From a virus: a stretch of DNA of 38,521 nucleotides. The notes below the pieces were generated by a model. The model made no database searches and was not told where the DNA came from. It worked only from the letters and a program-made list of their open reading frames with translations. Of this stretch, positions 1-7,817 are shown one piece after another. Position 1 is the stretch's first letter. The number at the start of each line of letters is the position of its first letter. Both the position numbers and the translations under genes were made by a program. The stretch lies in the UHGV virus genome UHGV-0033517; one strand, written 5' to 3'.

Positions 1-376
1 TAATGTCGTTGCCACGGGTGCCGTTGTAAATGGCCGTGGCGGTCAAGCTCCCAAGCGTAGCCGTTGCCGCCGCAGCGTCCGAGGCCGCCGGGCGATACAG
101 CAGAATCTTGCTGGGGCCAGCCGTCCGGTCGCTGCCTTTAAAGATTTCGTTCAAAAACCGGGCTTGCGTAGCGTACACGGGATACCCGCAAACGGGGGCG
201 GTGTCCTCCCCGGCCACAACCTCGGTAATCTTGCCCACAGGCCCCCAGCTCATAGGCTCGCAAATCGCAACCGTGCCACGCTCACCAATGGTCAGGCCCT
301 TTTCCTTTTTCGAGTTGAAGTTGATGTATACGCCGGGGCGTACCTTATTCTGAGCACTCCAATTCCCACCGGGCAT
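1..376 (-). CDS. Tail sheath protein, N-terminal 125 codons plus 1 nt; continues at 38521 (wrap-around)
   Basis: ATG at 376 with GGAGGTG RBS. Open minus frame down to position 1 with no stop (checked triplet by triplet), leaving 1 nt. It sits directly upstream (in transcription order) of the tube gene if the ends are joined. Confidence 0.6.
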   Translation of the reverse strand, partial: MPGGNWSAQNKVRPGVYINFNSKKEKGLTIGERGTVAICEPMSWGPVGKITEVVAGEDTAPVCGYPVYATQARFLNEIFKGSDRTAGPSKILLYRPAASDAAAATATLGSLTATAIYNGTRGNDI

Positions 377-526
377 TAGCTTTCACCTCCAAAAAACGCT
401 TTCACAGCGGCCTCTGCTGCCGCAATCGTGTATTCCGGCTCCTTAAGAATCGCTGCAAGGAAGTCCGGCTGAACATGAGAAAAGCGCTTGCTTTTCAGCA
501 GCGCTTCCCGTGTGTACTTCTGTTGT

Positions 527-979
527 TTATCGGGCAACTACAACACCTCCAATGTTGTCTATCAATTCCATTTTCGCCGAATCCTCGGGAATTAAAACCA
601 CCGTCCGCACCTCGAACCGATAATGCAAAGCGTCAAGGTCTACCCGCCATTCCCGGGCATAGGCATGGAGCAGGGCGTTCCCCGTGCCATCGGAGTACGG
701 GAACGTATCCATAAGCAGGTCAAGGGTTTCCCCGGCCCGCTGGTACTGCTGTTGCATGTCCGGCAGGTTATAATCCAGCAGATACGTCAAGTCCAGCCCC
801 AGCGTCCGCAAATACCGGCCATCCAACATCTTGTCCACGTTGCCGTACCGGGTTTGCAGGAAGAACATGGGCGGGGCGCTGCCCTGCTGGTTCGGGTCTT
901 CGTAAAACGTCACGCCGGGGAAGTGCGGGGCTAGGTATCCGGCTAGGCTTTTCGCCAAGGTCTCCAGTGTGAAAGTCAT
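527..979 (-). CDS. Hypothetical phage structural protein (tail-associated position between gp10-like gene and sheath)
   Basis: 150-aa ORF in the late operon, start overlapping the upstream gene stop. Position is analogous to a tail completion protein. Confidence 0.4.
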   Translation of the reverse strand: MTFTLETLAKSLAGYLAPHFPGVTFYEDPNQQGSAPPMFFLQTRYGNVDKMLDGRYLRTLGLDLTYLLDYNLPDMQQQYQRAGETLDLLMDTFPYSDGTGNALLHAYAREWRVDLDALHYRFEVRTVVLIPEDSAKMELIDNIGGVVVAR

Positions 980-1488
980 TCCATCGCCTCGCTTATCTTC
1001 TTATCCAGTTCTGCCGTGATGGTGTCCTCGAACGCTTTTATCGCCTTGTCCACCATAAACTCGCCCTTGACGTACTTTGTTTTGGTTCCGACCACAATCC
1101 CCACGTCCATGCTTTCATCGTATTCCAAAAGCCCGCTGTCAGGGTTGACGTACAAATGCGGAACAAAGTGCCTGTCCATGCGGTGGCCATCGTTGACGTA
1201 GGACGCATACTCTTGGTTATTGTTCAGCTCGGTCACAAACTCGTTCCCACGTTGGGCGGCAACGGGCTTGCTGTCTCGCTGCCACGCCCCCTTTAGCTGG
1301 CCGCTTACCGTGTTGGTGCCAATATACGCACCACGGCCCGTGCCGGTCTTTGGCGGGGTTGCCGCCGCAGCGGCGGTAATGGCGGCATTGGTAGCCGTTT
1401 CCATGGTCTCCCGGATAATCCCCGGGATGTCCCGTTTCAGCTTTTTCAGCTGGCCCAGCCTGCGTTGGAGGGAGATGTTTACGCTCAT
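976..1488 (-). CDS. HK97 gp10-like head-tail/tail component protein
   Basis: 170 aa. N-terminal pattern RRLGQLKKLKRDIPGII..AITAAAAA..KTGTGRGA resembles the HK97 gp10 family. Position between connector genes and sheath. Confidence 0.45.
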   Translation of the reverse strand: MSVNISLQRRLGQLKKLKRDIPGIIRETMETATNAAITAAAAATPPKTGTGRGAYIGTNTVSGQLKGAWQRDSKPVAAQRGNEFVTELNNNQEYASYVNDGHRMDRHFVPHLYVNPDSGLLEYDESMDVGIVVGTKTKYVKGEFMVDKAIKAFEDTITAELDKKISEAME

Positions 1489-1871
1489 AGCCCCACCCGC
1501 TCCTTCTGGTACAGCTTAATCTGCTGGTGTGCCAGCCCCGGCAGCGCCGCCCCGAACGGCTCATAGTACGGGTTCGGCTCGGCGGCGAACGCCCGTATCT
1601 TTTTGGGGGTCTGCCCCAGTACCCCACCCCGGGTAATCCGCAGCTCGTCTCCCGCCCGCACGTCCACAGACAGGTCACAGGCCAGCATATATTGCGGGTT
1701 AATGCTGGCAGCGTCCTGTGCCATGGTTATGGGCCGGGCGTCCTTTTGGTACAAGCGGCAGGGCACCCCGGTTGCAATCTGTTCCCGGGTCTGTCGGGTC
1801 AGGCTCCCGTCCTCGGTTTTTGTCACACGGTAAAGGTCAAAGGTATCCGTGTACCAGTCAGCAAAGTTCAT
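1485..1871 (-). CDS. Head-tail joining / head closure protein
   Basis: 128 aa, 4-nt overlap with flanking genes in the head-tail connector block. Size and position are typical. Confidence 0.4.
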   Translation of the reverse strand: MNFADWYTDTFDLYRVTKTEDGSLTRQTREQIATGVPCRLYQKDARPITMAQDAASINPQYMLACDLSVDVRAGDELRITRGGVLGQTPKKIRAFAAEPNPYYEPFGAALPGLAHQQIKLYQKERVGL

Positions 1872-1880
1872 GCCCTCACC

Positions 1881-2369
1881 TCAAATCACATACGAACCGC
1901 CCATCCCGGCCATCCGGGCACGGGTAGCAAGCTGTTGGCCGTACTGGGTGGCGTTCAGGTCGCCCCAGTCCTGCGTGGCTTTCGTCAGGGCGGCGGTGTC
2001 GTAGCGGATACTGGTGTCCCCCAGCGTGGCCGATTCCACCACGCCGATGGTCGCCCCGGTGGCCGCCGCCTGTGCCGGGGTGGCGCTGCTCTCCGCATAC
2101 GTCCGCAGGTACAGGGTGGCGTAATGCGCCACATACAGCCCACAGGCGTACCGCCAGCCGTTCAGCCATTTATCCGGCTGGATACTGGCGTTGGCCTGAG
2201 CGATAAACTCAGCCAGCACGGCTTCGGGAACCAGCGACACGCCCTCCGCTGTGTAAAACTGGGGGAAGTCGGCCCGGAACATTTCTTCGGCGTAGGCTCC
2301 CGTACCGTGGCCGATGTTCGCCGCCGCTGATTTCACGCCGAAAAATTGGGGTTTTTCTAGGTCATACAT
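1881..2369 (-). CDS. Head-tail connector/adaptor protein (DUF4054-like)
   Basis: 162 aa. Motif VPEAVLAEFIAQANASIQPDKWLNGWRYACGLYVAHYATL resembles the DUF4054 connector family. Immediately downstream of the capsid block. Confidence 0.4.
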   Translation of the reverse strand: MYDLEKPQFFGVKSAAANIGHGTGAYAEEMFRADFPQFYTAEGVSLVPEAVLAEFIAQANASIQPDKWLNGWRYACGLYVAHYATLYLRTYAESSATPAQAAATGATIGVVESATLGDTSIRYDTAALTKATQDWGDLNATQYGQQLATRARMAGMGGSYVI

Positions 2370-2384
2370 TCCGGGCCGCCTCCT

Positions 2385-2642
2385 TTATTCCTTTCCGGAT
2401 TCCGTGGTTTTGGGCTTGCGGGTGCTCCGGGGCACCGGCTTTTCCAGCAGGGGCACCACGTCCCTGTCCTTGTAGCTTTTGGGTAAATCAATCCAGCCGG
2501 AATCCACGCAGGCCTGAAAATAGGCCGTTTTCGTGGCCCAGTCGGGAAGCTCGCCGATGTACCCCTTTAACAGGGGATAGGCAAGGCTCCCGTCCGGACT
2601 GGGTAGGATGATATTGCGTTTCGCAATCACACGCATACGCAC
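2385..2642 (-). CDS. Hypothetical small head-module protein
   Basis: 85-aa ORF tightly packed after the major capsid gene. Confidence 0.35.
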   Translation of the reverse strand: MRMRVIAKRNIILPSPDGSLAYPLLKGYIGELPDWATKTAYFQACVDSGWIDLPKSYKDRDVVPLLEKPVPRSTRKPKTTESGKE

Positions 2643-2648
2643 ACCGCC

Positions 2649-3680
2649 TTAAATGCCGTCCCAGTAGGTGATAGTCTGAGGATACAGCACCTGCACCTCG
2701 GACACGTTGGCCATGTAAGCGGTGTCATAGCAGACGCTGGTGGGGTTGGCCTGGCTCATAACCCGGGACAGGGGCACCAGCTCATCCACGTTCACAAAGC
2801 GCTCGTGGTTGACGTATACCACCATACGGTCAGCCCCGGAAGCGCCAGCGCCCTTGCACCAGCGGGTGCCGCCGATGTACAGGCTGCCGCCGTTCTTTGC
2901 GGCAATATTGTTCTTCATAATGTAGTCCATGATGGATTCGGTGGCCAAATTGGTCATGGGGGTGTTCATAATGTAGGTGTACTGGTCATAAGGCAGCAGG
3001 ATGTGGTTGGGCATGGCGGATTCATCATACTCAGCCGCCGCCCAGGTGGTGGTAATGGCCTTGTTGATGTCATCCAAAATCTGCAGGGGGGTTTTCTGCG
3101 ACCAGTTGGTGGAATCCCCGGTGCCGGTAGCGGCCACAGTGGTATGCACTGCGTCAGCGTTGTTCACAAGCCCGGTAGTGCCGTAGGTCGCCAGCCCGGT
3201 GTACACGTTTTCGTCCATGTGCTTGTCGTAGGCCATTCTTACGCCATCGGTCAGCATTTGGTCAAGCGAACGCCCGATGAAGTTGGCCCGCTGCATATCC
3301 TGAAACATAACACGCAAAGCCGCAGCGAATACATGTGCCTTAAACACTCCCTTGTCCACATTGGCCTGAATCACGGGCAGGCCGTTAGCGCCGCCGGCGG
3401 TCACGGGGCCGTCCCCGCTGCCGTTGGTCAGGCCGTAGCCCACGGACATGGCCGAAACATAATCAACCCAGCCTCCGCCGGTGTTGATGTTAATGTCCCG
3501 GGGGTAGGTCACACTGGTCAGGGGCTTCCGGATTAACGGGTCACGCTTTTCCAGTTCGGATTCCAGAAACGCCTGCCCGGAAGCAATCCCGGCAGCGTCC
3601 ATGGTGGGCACACCCAGCATGGGAGCGGTGGTTTTAGCGCCGATTACACCGGCATCAAAAGTTCCAACATTCGTATACAT
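2649..3680 (-). CDS. Major capsid protein (DUF2184-like)
   Basis: 343 aa. Follows the DUF2213-like and DUF2190-like genes (a recurring trio). Gly/Thr-rich N-terminus typical of this capsid family. Confidence 0.6.
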   Translation of the reverse strand: MYTNVGTFDAGVIGAKTTAPMLGVPTMDAAGIASGQAFLESELEKRDPLIRKPLTSVTYPRDININTGGGWVDYVSAMSVGYGLTNGSGDGPVTAGGANGLPVIQANVDKGVFKAHVFAAALRVMFQDMQRANFIGRSLDQMLTDGVRMAYDKHMDENVYTGLATYGTTGLVNNADAVHTTVAATGTGDSTNWSQKTPLQILDDINKAITTTWAAAEYDESAMPNHILLPYDQYTYIMNTPMTNLATESIMDYIMKNNIAAKNGGSLYIGGTRWCKGAGASGADRMVVYVNHERFVNVDELVPLSRVMSQANPTSVCYDTAYMANVSEVQVLYPQTITYWDGI

Positions 3681-3697
3681 ATCGGTTATACCTCCTT

Positions 3698-4210
3698 TTA
3701 GGCGTTGATGATGGTCATAATCCGCATGGCGGCCACCTTGTTGGTGTCAGCAGCCCCGCCCCACTGGCAGTTGGTCAGCTGTACGGTGTTGGTGCTGTCG
3801 GCCTCGGCCTCCAGCCCGCCCACAACAGCGTTGGGGAAGCTGGTGTTTGCGGCGACACGCAGATACACAGCGCCGCCCAGTGCGGGGGTGCCTTTCTGGC
3901 AAATAACGTTGACAACGCCACGCTTAAACACGGACACGGGTTCCCCGGGGGCGTACTGGCCTACGCCCTGCTCCAGATAGGCCAGGGTGGTTTTAACCTC
4001 CCGGGAAGCGATACCGACAAACTTGGCGGCGGTGTCGCTTGCGCCCATGGCCACCACCTTGGTGCCGTCATATTTCAGGGGGGTGCCAAAGGTGATAGCG
4101 GCGGTGCCGCCAGCGGGGTGGGTGTCAATAATCATATCGGGCTGCTGGGCATAAGACCCGGCGAACCCGTTGGGCATGGTTTTGCCGATAACCTGAGTAG
4201 TCAGTGCCAT
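3698..4210 (-). CDS. DUF2190-like head structural/decoration protein
   Basis: 170 aa between the protease/scaffold-like gene and the capsid gene. Composition and position typical of the DUF2190 family. Confidence 0.45.
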   Translation of the reverse strand: MALTTQVIGKTMPNGFAGSYAQQPDMIIDTHPAGGTAAITFGTPLKYDGTKVVAMGASDTAAKFVGIASREVKTTLAYLEQGVGQYAPGEPVSVFKRGVVNVICQKGTPALGGAVYLRVAANTSFPNAVVGGLEAEADSTNTVQLTNCQWGGAADTNKVAAMRIMTIINA

Positions 4211-4213
4211 TTT

Positions 4214-5410
4214 TTAGTCCTCCTTCTTCGTCTTGTGGGGGTTGCGAGAATCATAGGCCGACTTCTGGTCAGCGCAAATCTTGGTGTACCGGGCCGCAGA
4301 CTTCGCAGCGGTGCTTGCGCTGTCCTGCGTGGCTTTCAGTACGTTCTTGGCAAAGTTCTTGGTGTCCAAAGCCGCCAGCAAAGCGTCCGTTACCCGGGCC
4401 TTTTCGGTGGGGTCTTTGATTTCGGCCACAGCGGGGCGCACCTTTTTCAGCATTTCCACAGCGGTCTTGTTCTTCATGGGGTCTTTGCTCATCTCCTCGG
4501 CGGGCAGGGTCACAGCGTCCTCCTGCTCGGCCTTGGTCTCGCCGGACAAGCGACCAATCAGCTCGTCAATGTCGCCTTCATCGGTGACCTTCTTTTCTTC
4601 GTCCTCGGGCTTCATGCGCTTTTCCAGCGTTTCCAGCCGCTCTAAAATTCTGTCCAGCTTGCTGCCCAAATCGTCGCCCTTGGGGGCCTTCTCCACCATT
4701 ACGTCAGCTGCGGGTACATCCTCCGGCGCTTTTTCGGCGGGTACAGATTCCAGCGCAGTGGCGGCGGCATCGGCCATGGCCTCCATTTCCTCCGGTTCAG
4801 CGTCCTTTGCCGCTCGACCGAAGAGTTTCAGTACGTCCTTGGTAAATCCAGCCATTTTTTTACCTCCTTTAGGTTTGGCTTCGGGGTTTGCCCCCATTTC
4901 GTCTTTTATGGCTACTTCGTGGCCAGCTCGGCCACGGGGGACAACCGCCACATGGTTCCCCCGAATTTTTTTCTGCGCAAAGCCTCCCGGGGTCTCCACA
5001 TAATCGCAAAGATACCCACAGGAGATTTCTCGCTTGATACCGTTTTGCACGTCCTGAGCAAGGCAGGAATCGTTGATGTACAGGTCGCCCATTAGAAATT
5101 GGCCGTCCCTGCGTATGTTTTGGACGTGCCCCCGTGCGTAGGCCCCAAAGTTCTCCGGGCTTACGTTCTCGGCGGGGTGCCCGTCCGTGACCGGTTTCCC
5201 CTCGAAGCTGGCCATGGCCTCCGGGGAGAACACTTCGTCCTCCTCCCGCAACACCGTGATTGGCCGCATGGGGTCGCCGTCCAAACCCAGTTCCCCGGCA
5301 GTATAGGGCTGTTCCCCCGTCCGGGCAATGGGTACATTCTTGCAAATCAAAAAGCCCTCCGCCGTTTCCAGCTGGTTGGGGCTTATCGGTGTGCCGTAAT
5401 AATAAATCAT
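4214..5410 (-). CDS. Prohead protease/scaffold-like protein (DUF2213-like N-domain plus acidic coiled-coil C-terminal half)
   Basis: 398 aa. N-terminus YYYGTPISPNQLE..GKPVTDGHPAE is DUF2213-like. C-terminal half is E/K/A-rich and scaffold-like. Confidence 0.5.
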   Translation of the reverse strand: MIYYYGTPISPNQLETAEGFLICKNVPIARTGEQPYTAGELGLDGDPMRPITVLREEDEVFSPEAMASFEGKPVTDGHPAENVSPENFGAYARGHVQNIRRDGQFLMGDLYINDSCLAQDVQNGIKREISCGYLCDYVETPGGFAQKKIRGNHVAVVPRGRAGHEVAIKDEMGANPEAKPKGGKKMAGFTKDVLKLFGRAAKDAEPEEMEAMADAAATALESVPAEKAPEDVPAADVMVEKAPKGDDLGSKLDRILERLETLEKRMKPEDEEKKVTDEGDIDELIGRLSGETKAEQEDAVTLPAEEMSKDPMKNKTAVEMLKKVRPAVAEIKDPTEKARVTDALLAALDTKNFAKNVLKATQDSASTAAKSAARYTKICADQKSAYDSRNPHKTKKED

Positions 5411-5631
5411 CAGTCTACCCCCGGAATCAGCTGTTCTTGGTCGGCGCTCTCGCCGGATACCGCTTCCAGCAGCAGGTCGGCCACAATGGCCTGATGGTCG
5501 GTTTCATCGGCGTTCAGCTCTAAAAGCTTCGGCACGGCCTCCTCTGGGGCCAGCGCCAAAAGCGCCGTGTATATTCGCACTGTCTCCGTTTCCATGGCCA
5601 GCGCTCGTTTTAACAAAGTGATGTAATCCAT
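5410..5631 (-). CDS. Hypothetical protein
   Basis: 73-aa ORF. GGAGGTG RBS downstream of the duplicated terminator-like element. Confidence 0.35.
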   Translation of the reverse strand: MDYITLLKRALAMETETVRIYTALLALAPEEAVPKLLELNADETDHQAIVADLLLEAVSGESADQEQLIPGVD

Positions 5632-5646
5632 AGCGCACCTCCGTAA

Positions 5647-5680
5647 ATAAAAAAGCGCCTGCTATTGCAAACGCTTAAAA
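5647..5680 (-). terminator. Intrinsic terminator-like hairpin, copy 1 of an identical 34-bp element
   Basis: Minus-strand RNA: AAGCGUUUGC-AAUA-GCAGGCGCUU 10-bp stem (2 G.U) with tetraloop, followed by UUUUUUAU. Identical to the copy at 7747–7780. Confidence 0.45.
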
Positions 5681-5694
5681 CGAACTATTTTGTT

Positions 5695-5943
5695 TTACTC
5701 CTCGACGATTTCCCAGCGGCCCTCCGTTGTGCTGCCGTCTGGGGCGTGTGGATTTGTTTTGGGATAAAGATAATCTTCCCCGCTATCGTCAATTACCCGG
5801 TAATAGTCTTCATCTTCCTCCCACGCTTCATAAACCTTCCCGTTTGTAAGGCCGAAAAGATAAAACGATTCACCAACAAACCTTAACCGCATTGTCTTTT
5901 CCGGTTTGTTTATGGGCTCAGGCGGTTCATAATACTCCACCAT
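5695..5943 (-). CDS. Hypothetical protein
   Basis: 82-aa ORF between the MuF-like gene and the terminator element. Confidence 0.35.
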   Translation of the reverse strand: MVEYYEPPEPINKPEKTMRLRFVGESFYLFGLTNGKVYEAWEEDEDYYRVIDDSGEDYLYPKTNPHAPDGSTTEGRWEIVEE

Positions 5944-5944
5944 A

Positions 5945-7360
5945 TCAATTCTCCTTCCTGTTTTTCACTTTCGTATCGTACTGTACCCCGTCCTTTTCTA
6001 CCCAATGCACATCGAACGTATACTTGGCACTTTCAATTTTGCCAACTTTTTTACTCCAATCGTTGGGGTCTCCACCAAATCGCTCGGCATAGTCCTGTGC
6101 GTGCCGGAAGGCAACTTTGCTTCCCTTCCCTGCAATGGTGCGCACCGCTACAAATTTTGCACCAGTTGGAATAAAGGCGTTCTCCCCGTTCCAATTATAA
6201 TCCAAACGGCTTTGTAAGTAAAACCTTTCTTTGTATTCTTTTTCCCACTCTAGGTACTTCTCGTCCCCGGCCCGTTTGTGCTTTAAGAACGTCTGGAACA
6301 TTTTCGGACATTTATCCCCCAAGGCCAACCGATACCGCTCCCATTGCCGGTAGTCGTTTAACATCCGGCTCCGGGCCTTCTGGTTCCGGCGGTAAGCCTC
6401 TATCTGCTTCTGGCTTCGGGGGTCTACCGTGAACGGGTTGGTTTTTGGGCTGGAAAATCGCTTGATTCGTTCAATCTCCTCCGGGGTTTTTCCGTTTTTT
6501 GTCCACGGGAGGAGGATATGAAGGCAATTTGGGTGGATATTCAGCCAAGTGTTCGTCAGCTCGTCCGGGCCACCCGGGTCGATTTTGCCGAAGGCGCTGG
6601 CCAGCGGTGGGAAATCCGGGTCTTTTCCGCTTCGGGAGTACACCCGGCCCTCGAACGGAGCGCACACCGGGCAGGTGGTGGCATGGCTGCTTATCTGGTA
6701 CAGGTCATGTTCGGGGTCTGCGGTCAGCACGGCCATGATTTCCGCTTGCCGGGAGGTTGTCCGGCAGACCATGTTCCCGTAGGTGTGTAGGCTCCATTTT
6801 CGGCCTGCCTTGTCCACAAACGCCTCCACGCCGCTTTGTTGCAGCTCCCGCACCAGCTCCGGCACGGCTTTGCGAAACCCAATCCCCCGGGCCTCCATGT
6901 TTGCCACCGTCTGCAAGCCTACCGGCCGAAAAACATCGTTCCGGGGTGGGCCAATCACGCTTTCCCGTAGGGACTGCATGACGTGTAGCTCTGCCTCCAC
7001 CACCTCGCCCATCAGGTTGTTGACCAACTGCTGCACCACATCGTACTGGGTGGCGGTCAGGGCTTCGGCGGCAGCATAGCCCCGAAGGTGTTTCTCCACC
7101 GGCTCCAACACCCGCCGGGCCTCCGGAACCCGGACGTAAAACTGCTTTTCCACCATTTTGGGGACGTACTTCCAACATTCGTCCTCCAAACTTTTCAGGA
7201 TTTTTTGTACCCGGCTCAGCGCCGCCACGGCGTGGTAATCCACGTTCCCCAGCGACCGCAACCGGGCGATTTCGTTGATAATGTCCGTTTCGGCCTTGAG
7301 AAACGCTTTCCGCAGGGCTTCCAGCTCCGCCGCATTGGGGGCCTTGTTAATCTTCGGCAT
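5945..7360 (-). CDS. MuF-like head morphogenesis / minor capsid protein (SPP1 gp7 family) with about 200-aa C-terminal extension
   Basis: 471 aa. Conserved MuF motif region ..HATTCPVCAPFEGRVYS... Location after the portal. Confidence 0.65.
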   Translation of the reverse strand: MPKINKAPNAAELEALRKAFLKAETDIINEIARLRSLGNVDYHAVAALSRVQKILKSLEDECWKYVPKMVEKQFYVRVPEARRVLEPVEKHLRGYAAAEALTATQYDVVQQLVNNLMGEVVEAELHVMQSLRESVIGPPRNDVFRPVGLQTVANMEARGIGFRKAVPELVRELQQSGVEAFVDKAGRKWSLHTYGNMVCRTTSRQAEIMAVLTADPEHDLYQISSHATTCPVCAPFEGRVYSRSGKDPDFPPLASAFGKIDPGGPDELTNTWLNIHPNCLHILLPWTKNGKTPEEIERIKRFSSPKTNPFTVDPRSQKQIEAYRRNQKARSRMLNDYRQWERYRLALGDKCPKMFQTFLKHKRAGDEKYLEWEKEYKERFYLQSRLDYNWNGENAFIPTGAKFVAVRTIAGKGSKVAFRHAQDYAERFGGDPNDWSKKVGKIESAKYTFDVHWVEKDGVQYDTKVKNRKEN

Positions 7361-7363
7361 GGC

Positions 7364-7747
7364 TCACATCAGCGGCGAGATAACCGCCGTAGCAATCTCG
7401 CCAGCCGCCCCCAGAAAGCCGCCCACCCGCTTCATGGTGGAGTTTTCTTCCAGATATTCGATTCCTCGGGGGGAAATGGCAAGCCCGGAGGTCGGCTTAA
7501 ACTGCGTAGGCCGCCCAACGCCCTTAACCTCGACAATGCCCTCAATGTACCCATCTGCCAGCAGGTGGGAGAGCAGGTACACAAAGTATTCCTCGCCGAT
7601 GGGGAAATCCTTTGTATTCGGGGCCACAACCTCCCAGCTGGCCGGGGTGTTGGTTTTCAGGCAGCGGTAGAGATACCGTAGCAACTTGTAAACCAGTACA
7701 AAGTAATCATCCTTCGCCATGAGTTCCTCCTTCCCGGGAAACGGCAA
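7364..7747 (-). CDS. YjcQ-like phage protein
   Basis: 127 aa. Conserved pattern YFVLVYKLLRYLYRCLK..GYIEGI typical of the YjcQ family. Confidence 0.4.
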   Translation of the reverse strand: MPFPGKEELMAKDDYFVLVYKLLRYLYRCLKTNTPASWEVVAPNTKDFPIGEEYFVYLLSHLLADGYIEGIVEVKGVGRPTQFKPTSGLAISPRGIEYLEENSTMKRVGGFLGAAGEIATAVISPLM

Positions 7748-7780
7748 TAAAAAAGCGCCTGCTATTGCAAACGCTTAAAA
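7747..7780 (-). terminator. Intrinsic terminator-like hairpin, copy 2 of the identical 34-bp element
   Basis: Same sequence as 5647–5680, located between the portal stop and the next gene's RBS. Confidence 0.45.
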
Positions 7781-7817
7781 GGCTTTATTTGTTCACCCGG
7801 CTTTTCGTTTTTTATTG

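Noticed and set aside
1527-5003. Long plus-strand ORFs (e.g. 1527..2330, 2805..3536, 4281..5003) antisense to the head genes
   Set aside because: They lie entirely inside well-supported minus-strand structural genes in a 60% GC genome where antisense frames stay open by chance. Biased Gly/Pro/Arg/Val composition, no RBS, no family resemblance.
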